A stretch of 64,000 bases of DNA, from contig NZ_JAXMOR010000002.1 of NCBI RefSeq assembly GCF_034669705.1, positions 50,601 through 114,600 on the forward strand, in the 5' to 3' direction. Within the stretch, counting starts at the first letter, position 1. The number at the start of each line of letters is the position of its first letter. Under the pieces are notes generated by a model. The model was not told the origin of the DNA. It did not search any database and saw only the letters and a program-made list of their open reading frames with translations. The position numbers were made by a program, and so were the translations under genes. Positions 35,236-46,076 of the stretch are shown one piece after another. This stretch comes from Marinovum sp. Lineage in GTDB: Bacteria; Pseudomonadota; Alphaproteobacteria; Rhodobacterales; Rhodobacteraceae.

Positions 35236-35796
35236 TTATCCGACCTCTTTCATTGCATTCTGGAGGGAATTGAGCTTCGCGCGGATCGACGTGTCGATCA
35301 TCTTGGAGCCCACCTTGACAACAAGACCGCCGATGAGGCTCTCATCGACGGTCGCATTCACTTTGACATCCTTGCCCACGGATTTCTTGAGCGACGCGGC
35401 CAGCGCATCGGCCTGCGCCGGGGTCAGTTCCTTGGCGGTGGTCACATCCGCGGTGACCTCGCCCTTGTGCTCGGCGATCCGGGCGCGCAGCTGGGCCACC
35501 AGTTGCGGCAGCACGAAGAGGCGGCGCTTGGCCGCCATCAGGCCCATGGTGTTGACGAGCACCTCGAGGAGATCCATCTTCTTGCCGATGGCAAGGATTG
35601 CATCCTGCTGGTCGTCACGGGAATACAGCGGGTTGCCGATCAGGTCGCGCAGATCCTCGCTGCTGTCCATCGTGGCAGCCAGATCGTCGAGGCTGGTTTC
35701 AAGTTCGGCGAGGTTGCCGTTCTCATTGGCAATCTCGAACACGGCCGTCGCATAGCGATCGGCAATACCCGAGGAAATCGAAGCTGGTTCGGACAC
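35236..35796 (-). CDS. atpH: F1 ATP synthase delta subunit
   Basis: GTG start after GGAAGGG; RYATA, LIGGL, IDTS motifs. Confidence 0.95.
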   Translation of the reverse strand: MSEPASISSGIADRYATAVFEIANENGNLAELETSLDDLAATMDSSEDLRDLIGNPLYSRDDQQDAILAIGKKMDLLEVLVNTMGLMAAKRRLFVLPQLVAQLRARIAEHKGEVTADVTTAKELTPAQADALAASLKKSVGKDVKVNATVDESLIGGLVVKVGSKMIDTSIRAKLNSLQNAMKEVG

Positions 35797-36075
35797 GTCC
35801 ACCCTTCCGACTATCTGGCCCCGGTTTGCCACAGTCCTGTGGCGTCCGGGGGCGTTTCCCGGCCCTGACAACTCTCAAGGCGCTAAATCACGCCGGATGT
35901 AGCAGAGCCTTCCCAACCCCGCAACATACTTGAGGGTTTTTAAGGTTGGTGGATAAATGAGTAAAATCAGATATTTGCTCGATGTGCGACCGAATGCGCA
36001 CCCGCAAGCCGTTCAAAAACCTTTCATTTTCGTGAACGGTGACGATTCCCGGGGTGGAAATTTCACCGTTAGCGC

Positions 36076-36822
36076 CTAAACCGGCTTGGCTTCTTTCGCC
36101 GGTTTCGGGCTCAGAACCTCTAGCGGGCTGGGCACCCGGACCCCGACACCGGGGTCATGCGGGGCCTGCACCCGCTTGCTGGCCTCGACCATCAGCACGC
36201 CGGCCGGCAGCGGCAGGCCAAAGCGCTGGCCCGAACTTTCCCAGAGCCGCCCGGTCTTCATCCAGAACCGCCGCGGCGACGGCGGCTGATAAAGCGCGGT
36301 GGCGTGTTTCTCGGGCATGAAGCCATGGGTGCGCAGCTGGATCTCGAGCTGGCTCTGGGTATAGGGCCGGCCAAAGCCGAAGGGCGTGGCATCGCTGCGC
36401 GACCAGAGCCCGGCGCGGTTGGGCACCACGAAGAGCACCTTGCCCCCCGGCCCCAGCACCCGGTGGCATTCCTCGAGCAGCACCGAGGGCCGCTCAGAGG
36501 TTTCCAACCCGTGCATCACCACCAGCTTGTCGATCCGCCCGGTCTCGACCGGCCAGAGGGTTTCCTCGGTCAGCACCGAGACATTGGGCATCCCGGCCGG
36601 CCAGCGCATCACCCCCTGAGGCCCCGGCATCAGCGCCATCACCCGCCGCGCCTCGGCCAGGTAGGGCCGCAGCAAGGGCACCGCAAAGCCGAACCCCGCC
36701 ACCGTCTGCCCCTTGGCCTCGGGCCAGAGCCGCAGCATGCGCTGGCTCACCGCCTTCTGCGCCGCCCGGCCAAGCGCGCTGCGGTAATAGAAATTCCTCA
36801 GGTCCTGTACGTCCAGGTGCAT
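36076..36822 (-). CDS. Class I SAM-dependent methyltransferase (YafS-like)
   Basis: GFGF, HGLE, PGG..LFVVPNR; divergent from gloB as usual. Confidence 0.85.
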   Translation of the reverse strand: MHLDVQDLRNFYYRSALGRAAQKAVSQRMLRLWPEAKGQTVAGFGFAVPLLRPYLAEARRVMALMPGPQGVMRWPAGMPNVSVLTEETLWPVETGRIDKLVVMHGLETSERPSVLLEECHRVLGPGGKVLFVVPNRAGLWSRSDATPFGFGRPYTQSQLEIQLRTHGFMPEKHATALYQPPSPRRFWMKTGRLWESSGQRFGLPLPAGVLMVEASKRVQAPHDPGVGVRVPSPLEVLSPKPAKEAKPV

Positions 36823-36885
36823 TGCGATCCGCGTCGGCTTGGGTCAGACTTGAGGGCCACTCTAGCAACGGAGCCGCGAATTGCC

Positions 36886-37656
36886 ATGCCCCTTGAGCTT
36901 GTCACCATTGCCTGCCTGACTGACAACTACGCCTATCTCGTGCATGACGACAAAAGCGGCGAGACGGCGGTGTTCGACGTGCCGGAGGCCGGGCCGATCC
37001 TGGACGCGCTCGCGGCGCGCGGCTGGACCCTCAGCCACGTCTTCCTGACCCATCACCACCCCGACCACGTTCAGGGCACCGCCGAGCTTCTGGCCAGCGC
37101 GCCGGCGCGGGTGATCGGTGCCGCCGCCGACACCCACCGCCTGCCGCCGCTCGACATCGAGGTGTCCGAGGGCGACGTCGTTGCGCTTGGCGGCGAGAGC
37201 GTCGAGGTGCTCGAGGTGCCGGGCCACACCGTGGGCCATGTCGCCTATCACCTGCCGACCTCGGCGATCCTGGTGACAATGGACAGCCTGATGCACCTGG
37301 GCTGCGGCCGGCTGTTCGAGGGCACGCCGGCGCAGATGTTCGACAGCCTGTCGCGGATGGCCGCCCTGCCCCCCGAGACCACTGTCTGCTCGGGCCATGA
37401 ATATGCCGAAACCAATGTCCGCTTTGCCCTGACCATTGAACCCGACAATGCGCGACTTATCTCTCGCAGAGACGAGATTGCGGCGGCGCGCGCAGCGGGG
37501 CGCGCCACCGTCCCCACAACCCTTGCACTCGAGCTCGACACCAACCCGTTTCTGCGCTGCCATGTCCCGGCGGTTCAGGCGACGGTCGGTCTGGCAGACG
37601 GCGATCCCCTGGCCGTCTTTACCGAGGTTCGGAAGCGTCGCGACAGCTTCTCCTAG
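36886..37656 (+). CDS. gloB: Hydroxyacylglutathione hydrolase (glyoxalase II)
   Basis: DNYAY, THHHPDH, PGHT, GCGR, GHEY, E..TNPF. Confidence 0.95.
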   Translation: MPLELVTIACLTDNYAYLVHDDKSGETAVFDVPEAGPILDALAARGWTLSHVFLTHHHPDHVQGTAELLASAPARVIGAAADTHRLPPLDIEVSEGDVVALGGESVEVLEVPGHTVGHVAYHLPTSAILVTMDSLMHLGCGRLFEGTPAQMFDSLSRMAALPPETTVCSGHEYAETNVRFALTIEPDNARLISRRDEIAAARAAGRATVPTTLALELDTNPFLRCHVPAVQATVGLADGDPLAVFTEVRKRRDSFS

Positions 37657-37732
37657 GCTTCGCTGCGCTGCCGCATATCACGGCGCTGTGCACACACAGT
37701 TTGGAAATGTGACCGGTAACGCAAAGAAAAAA

Positions 37733-37761
37733 CTTGAAGCGGTGCCGGGATCGACCAAACT
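37733..37761 (+). promoter_or_regulatory. Possible RpoH-type promoter of clpA
   Basis: CTTG(AA)-N18-CCAAACT; -35 fits well, -10 only partly. Confidence 0.4.
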
Positions 37762-37830
37762 TTAACCTTATGAGGCCACGGTTGGCAGGGCGTCTTTCGC
37801 CGCCGACACAGATCAGAAGGAGCACGCAGA

Positions 37831-40161
37831 GTGCCTTCATTCTCTAATACGCTTGAACAGGCGATCCACGCGGCCCTGGCCCTGGCCAACAGCCGCTCGC
37901 ATGAATTCGCAACGCTGGAGCACCTGCTGCTGGCGCTGATCGACGAACCCGACGCAACCCGCGTGATGAAGGCCTGCTCGGTCGACACCGAGGAGCTGCG
38001 CACCAAGCTGGTGGAATACGTCGACACCGACCTGTCGAACCTGGTGACCGACATCGAAGGCTCCGAGGCGGTGCCGACGGCGGCGTTCCAGCGGGTGATC
38101 CAGCGCGCGGCGATCCACGTGCAATCGTCGGGCCGCACCGAGGTGACCGGCGCCAACGTGCTGGTGGCGATCTTTGCCGAACGCGAGTCGAATGCCGCCT
38201 ATTTCCTGCAGGAGCAGGACATGACGCGCTATGACGCGGTGAATTTCATCGCGCATGGCGTCGCCAAGGACCCCGCCTATGGCGAGGCCCGTCCGGTGAC
38301 CGGCGCGCAGGACATGGACGACGACAGCCAGTCCACCGACAGCACGCCAGAGGCCGATCAGAAGGAAAGCGCGCTCGGCAAATACTGTGTCGACCTGAAC
38401 GAGAAGGCCCGCCTTGGCGACGTCGATCCGCTGATCGGCCGCGAGAGCGAGGTCGAGCGCTGCATCCAGGTGCTCTGCCGCCGGCGCAAGAACAACCCGC
38501 TGCTGGTGGGCGACCCCGGTGTCGGCAAGACCGCCATCGCCGAGGGCCTGGCCCGCAAGATCGAGTCCGGCGAGACCCCCGAGGTGCTGGCAAACACCAC
38601 GATCTATTCGCTCGACATGGGCGCGCTTCTGGCCGGCACCCGCTATCGCGGTGACTTCGAGGAGCGGCTGAAGGCGGTGGTCAACGAGCTTGAGGAACAC
38701 CCCGACGCGGTGCTCTTCATCGACGAGATCCACACCGTGATCGGCGCCGGTGCCACCTCTGGTGGGGCGATGGACGCCTCCAACCTGCTGAAACCGGCGC
38801 TTCAGGGCGGCAAGCTGCGCACTATGGGTTCCACCACCTACAAGGAGTTCCGCCAGCATTTCGAGAAGGACCGGGCGCTCGCGCGGCGCTTCCAGAAGAT
38901 TGACGTGGTCGAGCCTTCGGTCGAGGACTCGGTGAAGATCCTCAAGGGCCTGAAGCCCTATTTCGAGGATCACCACCACATCAAGTACACCGCGGACGCG
39001 ATCAAGACGGCCGTGGAGCTCTCGGCGCGCTACATCACCGACCGGAAACTGCCCGACAAGGCGATCGACGTGATCGACGAGGCCGGGGCGGCGCAGCATC
39101 TGGTGGTGGAGAGCCGCCGCCGCAAGACCATCGGCACCAAGGAGATCGAGGATGTGGTCGCCAAGATCGCCCGCATTCCGCCGAAGAACGTCTCGAAGAA
39201 CGATGCCGAGGTGCTCAAGGATCTTGAAGCCAGCCTGAAACGCGTGGTCTTTGGCCAGGACGATGCCATCGTGGCGCTCAGCTCGGCGATCAAGCTGGCC
39301 CGTGCCGGCCTGCGCGAGCCTGAAAAGCCGATCGGCAACTACCTCTTTGCCGGCCCCACCGGCGTCGGCAAGACCGAGGTGGCCAAGCAGCTGGCGGATA
39401 CGCTGGGCGTGGAACTGCTGCGCTTCGACATGTCGGAATACATGGAGAAACACGCGGTCTCGCGGCTGATCGGCGCGCCTCCGGGCTATGTCGGTTTCGA
39501 CCAGGGCGGCCAGTTGACCGATGGCGTTGACCAGCACCCGCATTGCGTGCTGCTGCTCGACGAGATGGAAAAGGCGCATCCGGATGTCTACAACATCCTG
39601 CTGCAGGTGATGGACCACGGCGCGCTGACCGATCACAACGGCCGGACGGTGGATTTCCGCAACGTGATCCTGATCATGACCTCGAACGCCGGCGCACAGG
39701 AACAGGCAAAGGCTGCCATCGGCTTTGGCCGCGACCGGCGCGAGGGCGAGGACACCGCTGCCATCGAGCGCACCTTCACGCCGGAATTCCGCAACCGGCT
39801 CGACGCGGTCATCAGCTTCAAGCCGCTGCCGAAAACCGTGATCTCTCAGGTGGTCGAGAAGTTCGTGCTGCAGCTTGAGGCGCAGCTGATGGATCGCAAT
39901 GTCACCATCGAGCTGTCCAAGGCGGCGGCCGAATGGCTGGGCGACAAGGGCTATGACGACAAGATGGGTGCACGCCCCCTCGCCCGCGTCATCCAGGAGC
40001 ACATCAAGAAGCCGCTGGCCGAAGAGCTGCTGTTCGGCAAGCTGGCCAAGGGCGGGATCGTCCGCGTCGGCGTCAAGGACGGCAAGATCGACCTGCAGAT
40101 GAGCGGCCCGGACAACCCGCGCCTGACCGGCAAGAAGCCGCCGCTGCTCACCGCGGAATGA
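37831..40161 (+). CDS. clpA: ATP-dependent Clp protease ATPase ClpA
   Basis: EHLLLAL N-domain, two Walker A (GDPGVGKT, GPTGVGKT), DMSEY, MGARP. Confidence 0.97.
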   Translation: MPSFSNTLEQAIHAALALANSRSHEFATLEHLLLALIDEPDATRVMKACSVDTEELRTKLVEYVDTDLSNLVTDIEGSEAVPTAAFQRVIQRAAIHVQSSGRTEVTGANVLVAIFAERESNAAYFLQEQDMTRYDAVNFIAHGVAKDPAYGEARPVTGAQDMDDDSQSTDSTPEADQKESALGKYCVDLNEKARLGDVDPLIGRESEVERCIQVLCRRRKNNPLLVGDPGVGKTAIAEGLARKIESGETPEVLANTTIYSLDMGALLAGTRYRGDFEERLKAVVNELEEHPDAVLFIDEIHTVIGAGATSGGAMDASNLLKPALQGGKLRTMGSTTYKEFRQHFEKDRALARRFQKIDVVEPSVEDSVKILKGLKPYFEDHHHIKYTADAIKTAVELSARYITDRKLPDKAIDVIDEAGAAQHLVVESRRRKTIGTKEIEDVVAKIARIPPKNVSKNDAEVLKDLEASLKRVVFGQDDAIVALSSAIKLARAGLREPEKPIGNYLFAGPTGVGKTEVAKQLADTLGVELLRFDMSEYMEKHAVSRLIGAPPGYVGFDQGGQLTDGVDQHPHCVLLLDEMEKAHPDVYNILLQVMDHGALTDHNGRTVDFRNVILIMTSNAGAQEQAKAAIGFGRDRREGEDTAAIERTFTPEFRNRLDAVISFKPLPKTVISQVVEKFVLQLEAQLMDRNVTIELSKAAAEWLGDKGYDDKMGARPLARVIQEHIKKPLAEELLFGKLAKGGIVRVGVKDGKIDLQMSGPDNPRLTGKKPPLLTAE

Positions 40162-41108
40162 TCCGCAGGCTCGCTGCCTGCCTGATTTCGGGCTCGGCCT
40201 CCCTCGTGGCGGCCGAGCCCTTTTCTTTGGTCTTCCCCGTCGACTGCACCCTGGGCGAGACCTGTCACATCCAGCACTATCTCGATCATGATCCCGGCCC
40301 GGGCGCGCGGGATTACACCTGCGAGGGGCTGAGCTACGACGGCCACCAGGGCACCGACATCGCCCTGCCCTCCATCGCGGACATGAGCGCCGGCGTCACC
40401 GTCCGCGCCGCCGCCCCCGGCGTGGTGCGGGGGCTGCGCGACGGGGTGGCCGACCGGCTGTATGACGGCCAGGACCTGTCGGGGCAGGACTGCGGCAATG
40501 GCATCGCCATCACCCACGCCGAGGGCTGGGAAACCCAGTATTGCCACCTGCGCAACGGGTCGGTGGCGGTGACGCCCGGCCAGCAGGTCGCCGCCGGTAC
40601 GCCACTGGGCGAAGTCGGGCTGAGCGGCCGCACGCAATTCCCGCATCTGCACCTGACCCTGCGCCGCGACGGCGAGGTCATCGATCCCTTTGCCCCCGAA
40701 GGGGCCGGGACCTGCGACAGCGCGGCAACGCTTTGGCAGGACACGCCGGCCTATCGCCCCGGCGGGCTGCTCTCGGTGGGATTTGCGCAGCGCGTCCCGA
40801 GCCTTGCCGAGATCACCGAGGGCAGCGCCGATGACGCCCCGCCCCGGCGTGACACCGCCCTGGTCGGCTTTGGCCAGGTCTTCGGCGCGCGCGCCGGCGA
40901 CAGCCTGCGGATCGTGATCGAAGGGCCTTCGGGCCGGGTGATCGGCCATGACGCGCCGATCGACAGGCCGCAGGCGGTGCTGTTCCGGGCCGCCGGCCGC
41001 AAGGCGCAGCCCGGAGGCTGGCCGGCCGGCAGCTACAGGCTGAGCGTGACGCTGCTGCGGGACGGCCAGAGCCTCGAGACCCGCAGCACGGCACTGAGAC
41101 TGGACTAA
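40158..41108 (+). CDS. M23 family metallopeptidase, exported
   Basis: HQGTD (HxxxD), CGNG, YCH, HLH; coupled to clpA (ATGA). Confidence 0.88.
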   Translation: MIRRLAACLISGSASLVAAEPFSLVFPVDCTLGETCHIQHYLDHDPGPGARDYTCEGLSYDGHQGTDIALPSIADMSAGVTVRAAAPGVVRGLRDGVADRLYDGQDLSGQDCGNGIAITHAEGWETQYCHLRNGSVAVTPGQQVAAGTPLGEVGLSGRTQFPHLHLTLRRDGEVIDPFAPEGAGTCDSAATLWQDTPAYRPGGLLSVGFAQRVPSLAEITEGSADDAPPRRDTALVGFGQVFGARAGDSLRIVIEGPSGRVIGHDAPIDRPQAVLFRAAGRKAQPGGWPAGSYRLSVTLLRDGQSLETRSTALRLD

Positions 41109-41902
41109 CCCAGCCGCAGGCCTTCGAGCATCTCCAGCTCGACCCGCGGAAAGCCCAAGGGGCCGAAATCGCGCGGATGCATCAGGAAGGGAAACAGCGA
41201 CAAGTAAAGCCGCTGCGCGTTCTCGCCCATGCGGGTGACGTTGCCGCTGCCGGGATGATAGGTCTCGACCTCAAGGCCACCGGCCTGCACCGCGGCATGG
41301 CGGCCGAGCGCCAGATGATAGACCTTGACCGCGCTCGGCGGCGTCACCTTGAAAACGCTCACCCCGTCAATGAAGTCCTGCAGCGGCGTCAGCACGTGGC
41401 CCTGGCCGTTGGCGGCACGGAACTGCGGCGGGTTGTGCAGGATCGCGGCACCGGGGCCAAGCACCACATCGTTGCCCGGACGGCCCATGCCAAAGGCCTC
41501 GGCGGTGACCCGGATCAGCCCGTCGAGCATGCTGCCCGGCTGCGCCTGCCCCGGCATGATCGCCGCCGACCCGATCCAGAGCACGCGCTGCGGCCCTTCA
41601 GAGGAATTGACCGTGTCGCCCGGCAGCAGATCCTCGATCGCCAGCGGCCCGTCCGGGGTGGCGAGCACCGTGCCGCGGGCAAAGCCCGAGACCGCACGCT
41701 CGAAGACCTCGGTCTGCGGCACCACGTGGCTCTGTTCCGCGATCTCGTAGTTGGACGTGAGCGACAGGGTTTCCATCCGCCGCATCATCGGCATGTCGCG
41801 GCGGGGTCTGGTCTCGGCGCGGGAAAAGCGTTCGACTGCGGGAACCGGCAGGTTCTGTGCGCCGGCGTTGCGCCGCTGGTGCGGCAAGAGGGGACTCGTC
41901 AT
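41105..41902 (-). CDS. Hint_2 (BIL-type) domain protein, N-terminal Cys absent
   Basis: FARGT.LATPDG, IEDL.PGD.V, V.WIG, YH, VETYHPG; GGGAG RBS. Confidence 0.82.
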   Translation of the reverse strand: MTSPLLPHQRRNAGAQNLPVPAVERFSRAETRPRRDMPMMRRMETLSLTSNYEIAEQSHVVPQTEVFERAVSGFARGTVLATPDGPLAIEDLLPGDTVNSSEGPQRVLWIGSAAIMPGQAQPGSMLDGLIRVTAEAFGMGRPGNDVVLGPGAAILHNPPQFRAANGQGHVLTPLQDFIDGVSVFKVTPPSAVKVYHLALGRHAAVQAGGLEVETYHPGSGNVTRMGENAQRLYLSLFPFLMHPRDFGPLGFPRVELEMLEGLRLG

Positions 41903-42202
41903 GATATGCTCCCAGAGTTTGGGTCACATCCGCGTCGGCCCCCACCGACAACGACAGATTGACTGTGAACGTCGCATCTAGCGCGACCAAAGAACCAGAT
42001 CGTCGCCGATCCGTCAAAGCCGGGCACCGATTGGATGGCCCGGGCCGACCAATCCGCCGCTGGCCGGCGGGATTGTCGCGGCGATGACAACACCGCTGCC
42101 ACATTTGCCGGCCCCCGCGAATCGGCCCGGCGCAACAGGCAAAAGCCGCGCCCTTGCACGGGAACGCGGCTTTTGCTCAAGCGGCCCAAGAGGGCAGCGC
42201 AG

Positions 42203-42340
42203 TCAGGCACTCTTGCGGACCTCGACGACCGGTTTGCGGCGGGCAATCATCTCGGCGCGGCGCTGGCCGCGGGCAAAGGGCAGATCGATCTTGCTCTCCC
42301 GCGCACGCTGCACGGCGGATGTGATGAACCGGGTTTTCAT
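42203..42340 (-). CDS. 45-aa small basic protein
   Basis: GAGG RBS, then MKTRFITSAVQRARESKIDLPFARGQRRAEMIARRKPVVEVRKSA*. Confidence 0.65.
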   Translation of the reverse strand: MKTRFITSAVQRARESKIDLPFARGQRRAEMIARRKPVVEVRKSA

Positions 42341-42591
42341 GTCGCTGACCTCATATGTGATCGGGCGGCAGGGGGCCGCGCTTGTGCGATCACTATGGCG
42401 AAGGTTTCCGGCAGACATGCGGCAGGCAGATGGATTTCCGAGGACATCGCCGCCGCCGCAACACCTCAATGGTGGCCGACGCGGAGGACGGTTTTTATTA
42501 AATCTTTCAGAAGGTTATTTCCATTCCGGCCGATCTGTCAGGTGACACTATGGCCGCACCAAGGCAGCCCCCCGCCCGGCCCCCGCCGCAA

Positions 42592-43347
42592 TCAGAGCCT
42601 TATCGCCGACATCAGCCGGCCATAGTCGGCCTCGCCGGCGTGGACCGAGCGGCGGTAGGAATAGAACCGGTCGGCATCGGCATAGGTGCAATGGCGGCAC
42701 CATTCGGCCTCGCCCACCCCGGCCAGTCGCAGCCGGTAAAGCCCGAAGCCCGGCAGATCAAACAGATAGCGGTCGCCCTTGCCGCGGGCAAAGAACTGCG
42801 CGCTCTGCGGGTCCTCCGCCATGAAGTCCTCGACGAACTCGGGACCGACCTCATAGGCGCTTTGCGAGATCGCCGGGCCAATCACTGCCTGCACGTCCTC
42901 GCGCGCGGCCCCCAGCGCCTCCATCGCGTCGAGCGTCGCCTCGAGCACCCCGTCGAGCGCGCCGCGCCAGCCGGCATGGGCCGCGCCGATCACCCCGGCC
43001 CGGTGGTCGGCAAAAAGCACCGGCTGGCAATCGGCGCTGAGCACCCCGAGGGCCAGCCCCGGTGTCGCCGTGACCAGCGCATCGGCGCGCGGCGGCGTGT
43101 CGAATGGGGCCTCGACCGGCACCGCCAGGGCGGAATGCACCTGGTACACCGTCACCAGCTGCTCCGGCGGCAGGTCGAGGCTCGCGGCCACCCGGCCGCG
43201 GTTGATCGCCACGATCTCGGACTGATCGGAGGAGCCCTGGCCGCAATTGAGCCCCTGGAACACCCCGGACGAGGCGCCGCCACGGCGGGTGAAGAACCCG
43301 TGTTTCAGCGGGGCAAGCAGATCGGAGGTGAGGATTTCCAGCGTCAT
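42592..43347 (-). CDS. pgeF: Peptidoglycan editing factor/laccase-domain protein (YfiH family)
   Basis: HGFFTRRGG, QVHS, ADALVT, SADC, AHAGWRG, CT, FYSYRR. Confidence 0.93.
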   Translation of the reverse strand: MTLEILTSDLLAPLKHGFFTRRGGASSGVFQGLNCGQGSSDQSEIVAINRGRVAASLDLPPEQLVTVYQVHSALAVPVEAPFDTPPRADALVTATPGLALGVLSADCQPVLFADHRAGVIGAAHAGWRGALDGVLEATLDAMEALGAAREDVQAVIGPAISQSAYEVGPEFVEDFMAEDPQSAQFFARGKGDRYLFDLPGFGLYRLRLAGVGEAEWCRHCTYADADRFYSYRRSVHAGEADYGRLMSAIRL

Positions 43348-44402
43348 GTGTCCAGTCCGGCTATCGGCGGGGCGCCCTCGGGCAGCAGCCCCAGCACTTT
43401 GAAGAGAGTTCCCATTTCCTCGGGGTGCGTCAACCGCCGATGTGCCGCCACATGGTTCTCAAGCGCGGCGCCCTGCAGGCCGGCGGCCAATTGCTGGGCG
43501 CGGGCGGTCACGCCAAGCCGCTCGAGAAAGACGCCCTGCGGCGTGAGGCGGGTATGGGCACAAGGCACAGCCGCGGTGATGGCTTCGAAGTCTACATGGG
43601 TGGTGAGATCGGCCTCGCCCGGCGCGGCCAGCGGGTCGACCCGTTCATGACGCCGCAACGCCTGCAGCGTGTCGCCCAGCGAGCGCCAGTCGCCGTAGTC
43701 GACGATCAGCGCCGCGCCGCCGTGATCGGCGATCCGCTGGCCGATGGCCTCGGCGATCGGCGGCAGGCTCGGGGTCAGTTCCACCACGTCGCCCTCGCGG
43801 GTGTCGTCGAGCCGATGCGCCAACGCCGCCACCTCCGTGGCCTCGGTCAGCCCCAGCACCAGCGCACCGTCGCGCGCCCCGACGCGGCGCTCGCACCAGC
43901 CGGTGCCGCGGCGCTCGAACTGGCGCACCGGCAGCGCGTCGAAGAACTCGTTGGCAATGAGCCAGAGCGGCGCCTGCGGCAGCTTGTCGGCGTGATCGGT
44001 CCAAGCCACCTGGTGACCCTCCAGCGCTGCCTTCTGACGGTCCCGCAGGTGCGGCGAGGCCTCAACCAGCACCACCTGGGCGGCGTCGAGAAATCCCGGC
44101 ACCTTGCGTCCGACCCGCAGGATATCGGCCATCAGCGTGCCCCGCCCCGGCCCCAGCTCGGCGAGGGTAAAGGCGGGCTGGCCCTGATCGATCCAGGCCC
44201 GCGCCAGCGCGAGGCTGGTCAGCTCGCCGAACATCTGGCTGATTTCCGGCGCGGTGGTGAAATCGCCCGCCGCCCCCAGCGGATCGCGTCCGGTATAGAC
44301 GCCGTGCTCGGGATGCAGCAGGCAGGTCGCCATGTAATCGGCCAGAGAGATCGGTCCTTCGGCGGCAATGCGTTCCCGCAGGATCGCCGTCAGGGCGCTC
44401 AT
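43344..44402 (-). CDS. NDUFAF7/MidA-family SAM methyltransferase
   Basis: [43 protein letters not shown]. Confidence 0.92.
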   Translation of the reverse strand: MSALTAILRERIAAEGPISLADYMATCLLHPEHGVYTGRDPLGAAGDFTTAPEISQMFGELTSLALARAWIDQGQPAFTLAELGPGRGTLMADILRVGRKVPGFLDAAQVVLVEASPHLRDRQKAALEGHQVAWTDHADKLPQAPLWLIANEFFDALPVRQFERRGTGWCERRVGARDGALVLGLTEATEVAALAHRLDDTREGDVVELTPSLPPIAEAIGQRIADHGGAALIVDYGDWRSLGDTLQALRRHERVDPLAAPGEADLTTHVDFEAITAAVPCAHTRLTPQGVFLERLGVTARAQQLAAGLQGAALENHVAAHRRLTHPEEMGTLFKVLGLLPEGAPPIAGLDT

Positions 44403-45283
44403 GCCGGACGGTTCCGTGCCACCAGCCAGAGCCCGATGACGATCATCGGCAGCGACAGAAGCTGCCCCATGGTCAGCCCCCAGCCGCCAACCTGAAAGGC
44501 CAGGCCCAGCGGGTTGCCGGCGGTGACGAACTGCGCGTCGGGCTGGCGAAAGAATTCGACAAGGAACCGCGCCGCGCCGTAGCCGGCAAAGAACAGCGCC
44601 GCGATCCGCCCCGGCGTCTTCAGCCAACCGCGCGCCAGCGCCAGCCAGAGCAGCAGCGCACCGAGCAGCAGCCCCTCGAGCCCGGCCTCGTAGAGCTGGC
44701 TCGGGTGGCGGCCGCAGAGCGCGCCCGCCGGCTGACCGCAATCCTGCGCCGCCGCGCCGGGAAAGGCCACCGCCCAGGGCAGATCGGTCGGCCGGCCCCA
44801 AAGCTCGGCGTTGACGAAGTTTGCCAACCGGCCAAACAGCAGCCCCGGCCAGGCGCCGAGCGCCATCAGGTCGGCCAGCGGCAGCCGGCGCACGCCGTTG
44901 CGCGCGCTCCAGATCCAGGCCGCGAGGGCGACGCCCAGAAGACCGCCGTGAAACGCCATGCCGCCCTGCCAGATCATCAGGACCTCGCCCGGGTGGCTCA
45001 GGTAGTAGCCCGGCTGATAGAACAGCACGAAGCCCAGACGCCCGCCAAGGATGATGCCGAGGATGATCCAGGTCATCAGGTCCTCGAGCTGCGCCGGGGT
45101 CAGCGGCGGGCTGTCGCCTTGCCACAGCGCGGGTCGTTTCAGCAGCCGCACCGCCAGCATCCAGCCGGCCACGATCCCGACGATATAGGCCAGCGCGTAC
45201 CAGCGCAGGGCAAAGCTCATGCCGAAGAGATCGATCGAGAAAATCTCGGGGCTGAGCGGGGGGAAGGGAATGGGTGATGCCAT
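44399..45283 (-). CDS. lgt: Prolipoprotein diacylglyceryl transferase
   Basis: [39 protein letters not shown]. Confidence 0.96.
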   Translation of the reverse strand: MASPIPFPPLSPEIFSIDLFGMSFALRWYALAYIVGIVAGWMLAVRLLKRPALWQGDSPPLTPAQLEDLMTWIILGIILGGRLGFVLFYQPGYYLSHPGEVLMIWQGGMAFHGGLLGVALAAWIWSARNGVRRLPLADLMALGAWPGLLFGRLANFVNAELWGRPTDLPWAVAFPGAAAQDCGQPAGALCGRHPSQLYEAGLEGLLLGALLLWLALARGWLKTPGRIAALFFAGYGAARFLVEFFRQPDAQFVTAGNPLGLAFQVGGWGLTMGQLLSLPMIVIGLWLVARNRPA

Positions 45284-45375
45284 GCGGCTCCTTTGCCTTT
45301 CGCTTTTGCCGAGGTCAACCTTGTCGCCCGGGGTCCTGGGGGCCATATAGGTAACAAATGTAACGGAGAGACCCC

Positions 45376-45621
45376 ATGCAGACCCGCAACAAGGTATTCG
45401 ACGACCTGTCGCAACTGATGACCAACGCCATGGGCGTGGCCCAGGGCGCCCGGACCGAGGCCGAAACCGCGATGAAATCGATGCTCGACCGCTGGCTGGC
45501 GGATCGCGATTTCGTGACCCGCGAAGAGTTCGACGCGGTGCGCGGCATGGCCCAGAAGGCGCGCGAAGAGAACGAGATGCTGAAGGCCCGGCTCGACAAG
45601 CTGGAGAGCAAGCAGGGCTGA
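45376..45621 (+). CDS. ubiK: Accessory factor UbiK/BMFP family
   Basis: [10 protein letters not shown]-terminal coiled coil; GGAGA RBS; divergent from lgt. Confidence 0.88.
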   Translation: MQTRNKVFDDLSQLMTNAMGVAQGARTEAETAMKSMLDRWLADRDFVTREEFDAVRGMAQKAREENEMLKARLDKLESKQG

Positions 45622-45644
45622 TCGGTCGGCATCGGGTAGAAGTG

Positions 45645-45671
45645 AAAGGCCGGGGGAGACCCCGGCCTTTT
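45645..45671 (+). terminator. Terminator after ubiK
   Basis: AAAGGCCGGGG-gaga-CCCCGGCCTTTT with GNRA loop. Confidence 0.75.
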
Positions 45672-46047
45672 GGCGTTTTCCGGCCGAAACGTTCAGCTGC
45701 TGCGAGCTGCCGGACCCGGGGTCTTTTCGGAGCCGCGCATCGCCGTGCCGAGGGGGGCGTCCTGCCAGAGGCATGCCTTTGGCAGGACGATGCGCGGCGG
45801 GCTTGCTGCCCGCTGTTGACGCGCGGTGCCCAACAGCGGGCGGCTCAAAGCGGAGAACAACATGGGACAGACAACTCTGCCCTGACCTGAACAGCGGATC
45901 GTCAGGCTGCCATGCTCGCAAAACAACGAGCCAAAGCGCCAAATGACCGCTGCTGACGCTCGGGGCGAAACCGTCAATTGCTTCAATGCGCCGACGTGCC
46001 TCAGACCGCCCCGCTCAGCCCCCTGCCCGAAAACCGGCACCTTCCGT

Positions 46048-46076
46048 TTGAAATCAACGCCTTTTCCCGCTACCAT
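46048..46076 (+). promoter_or_regulatory. Sigma70-type promoter for the BCCT gene
   Basis: TTGAAA-N17-TACCAT. Confidence 0.65.

Noticed and set aside
45693-45863. 56-aa minus-strand ORF (MLFSALSRP...)
   Set aside because: It crosses two palindromes and has no RBS or motif.
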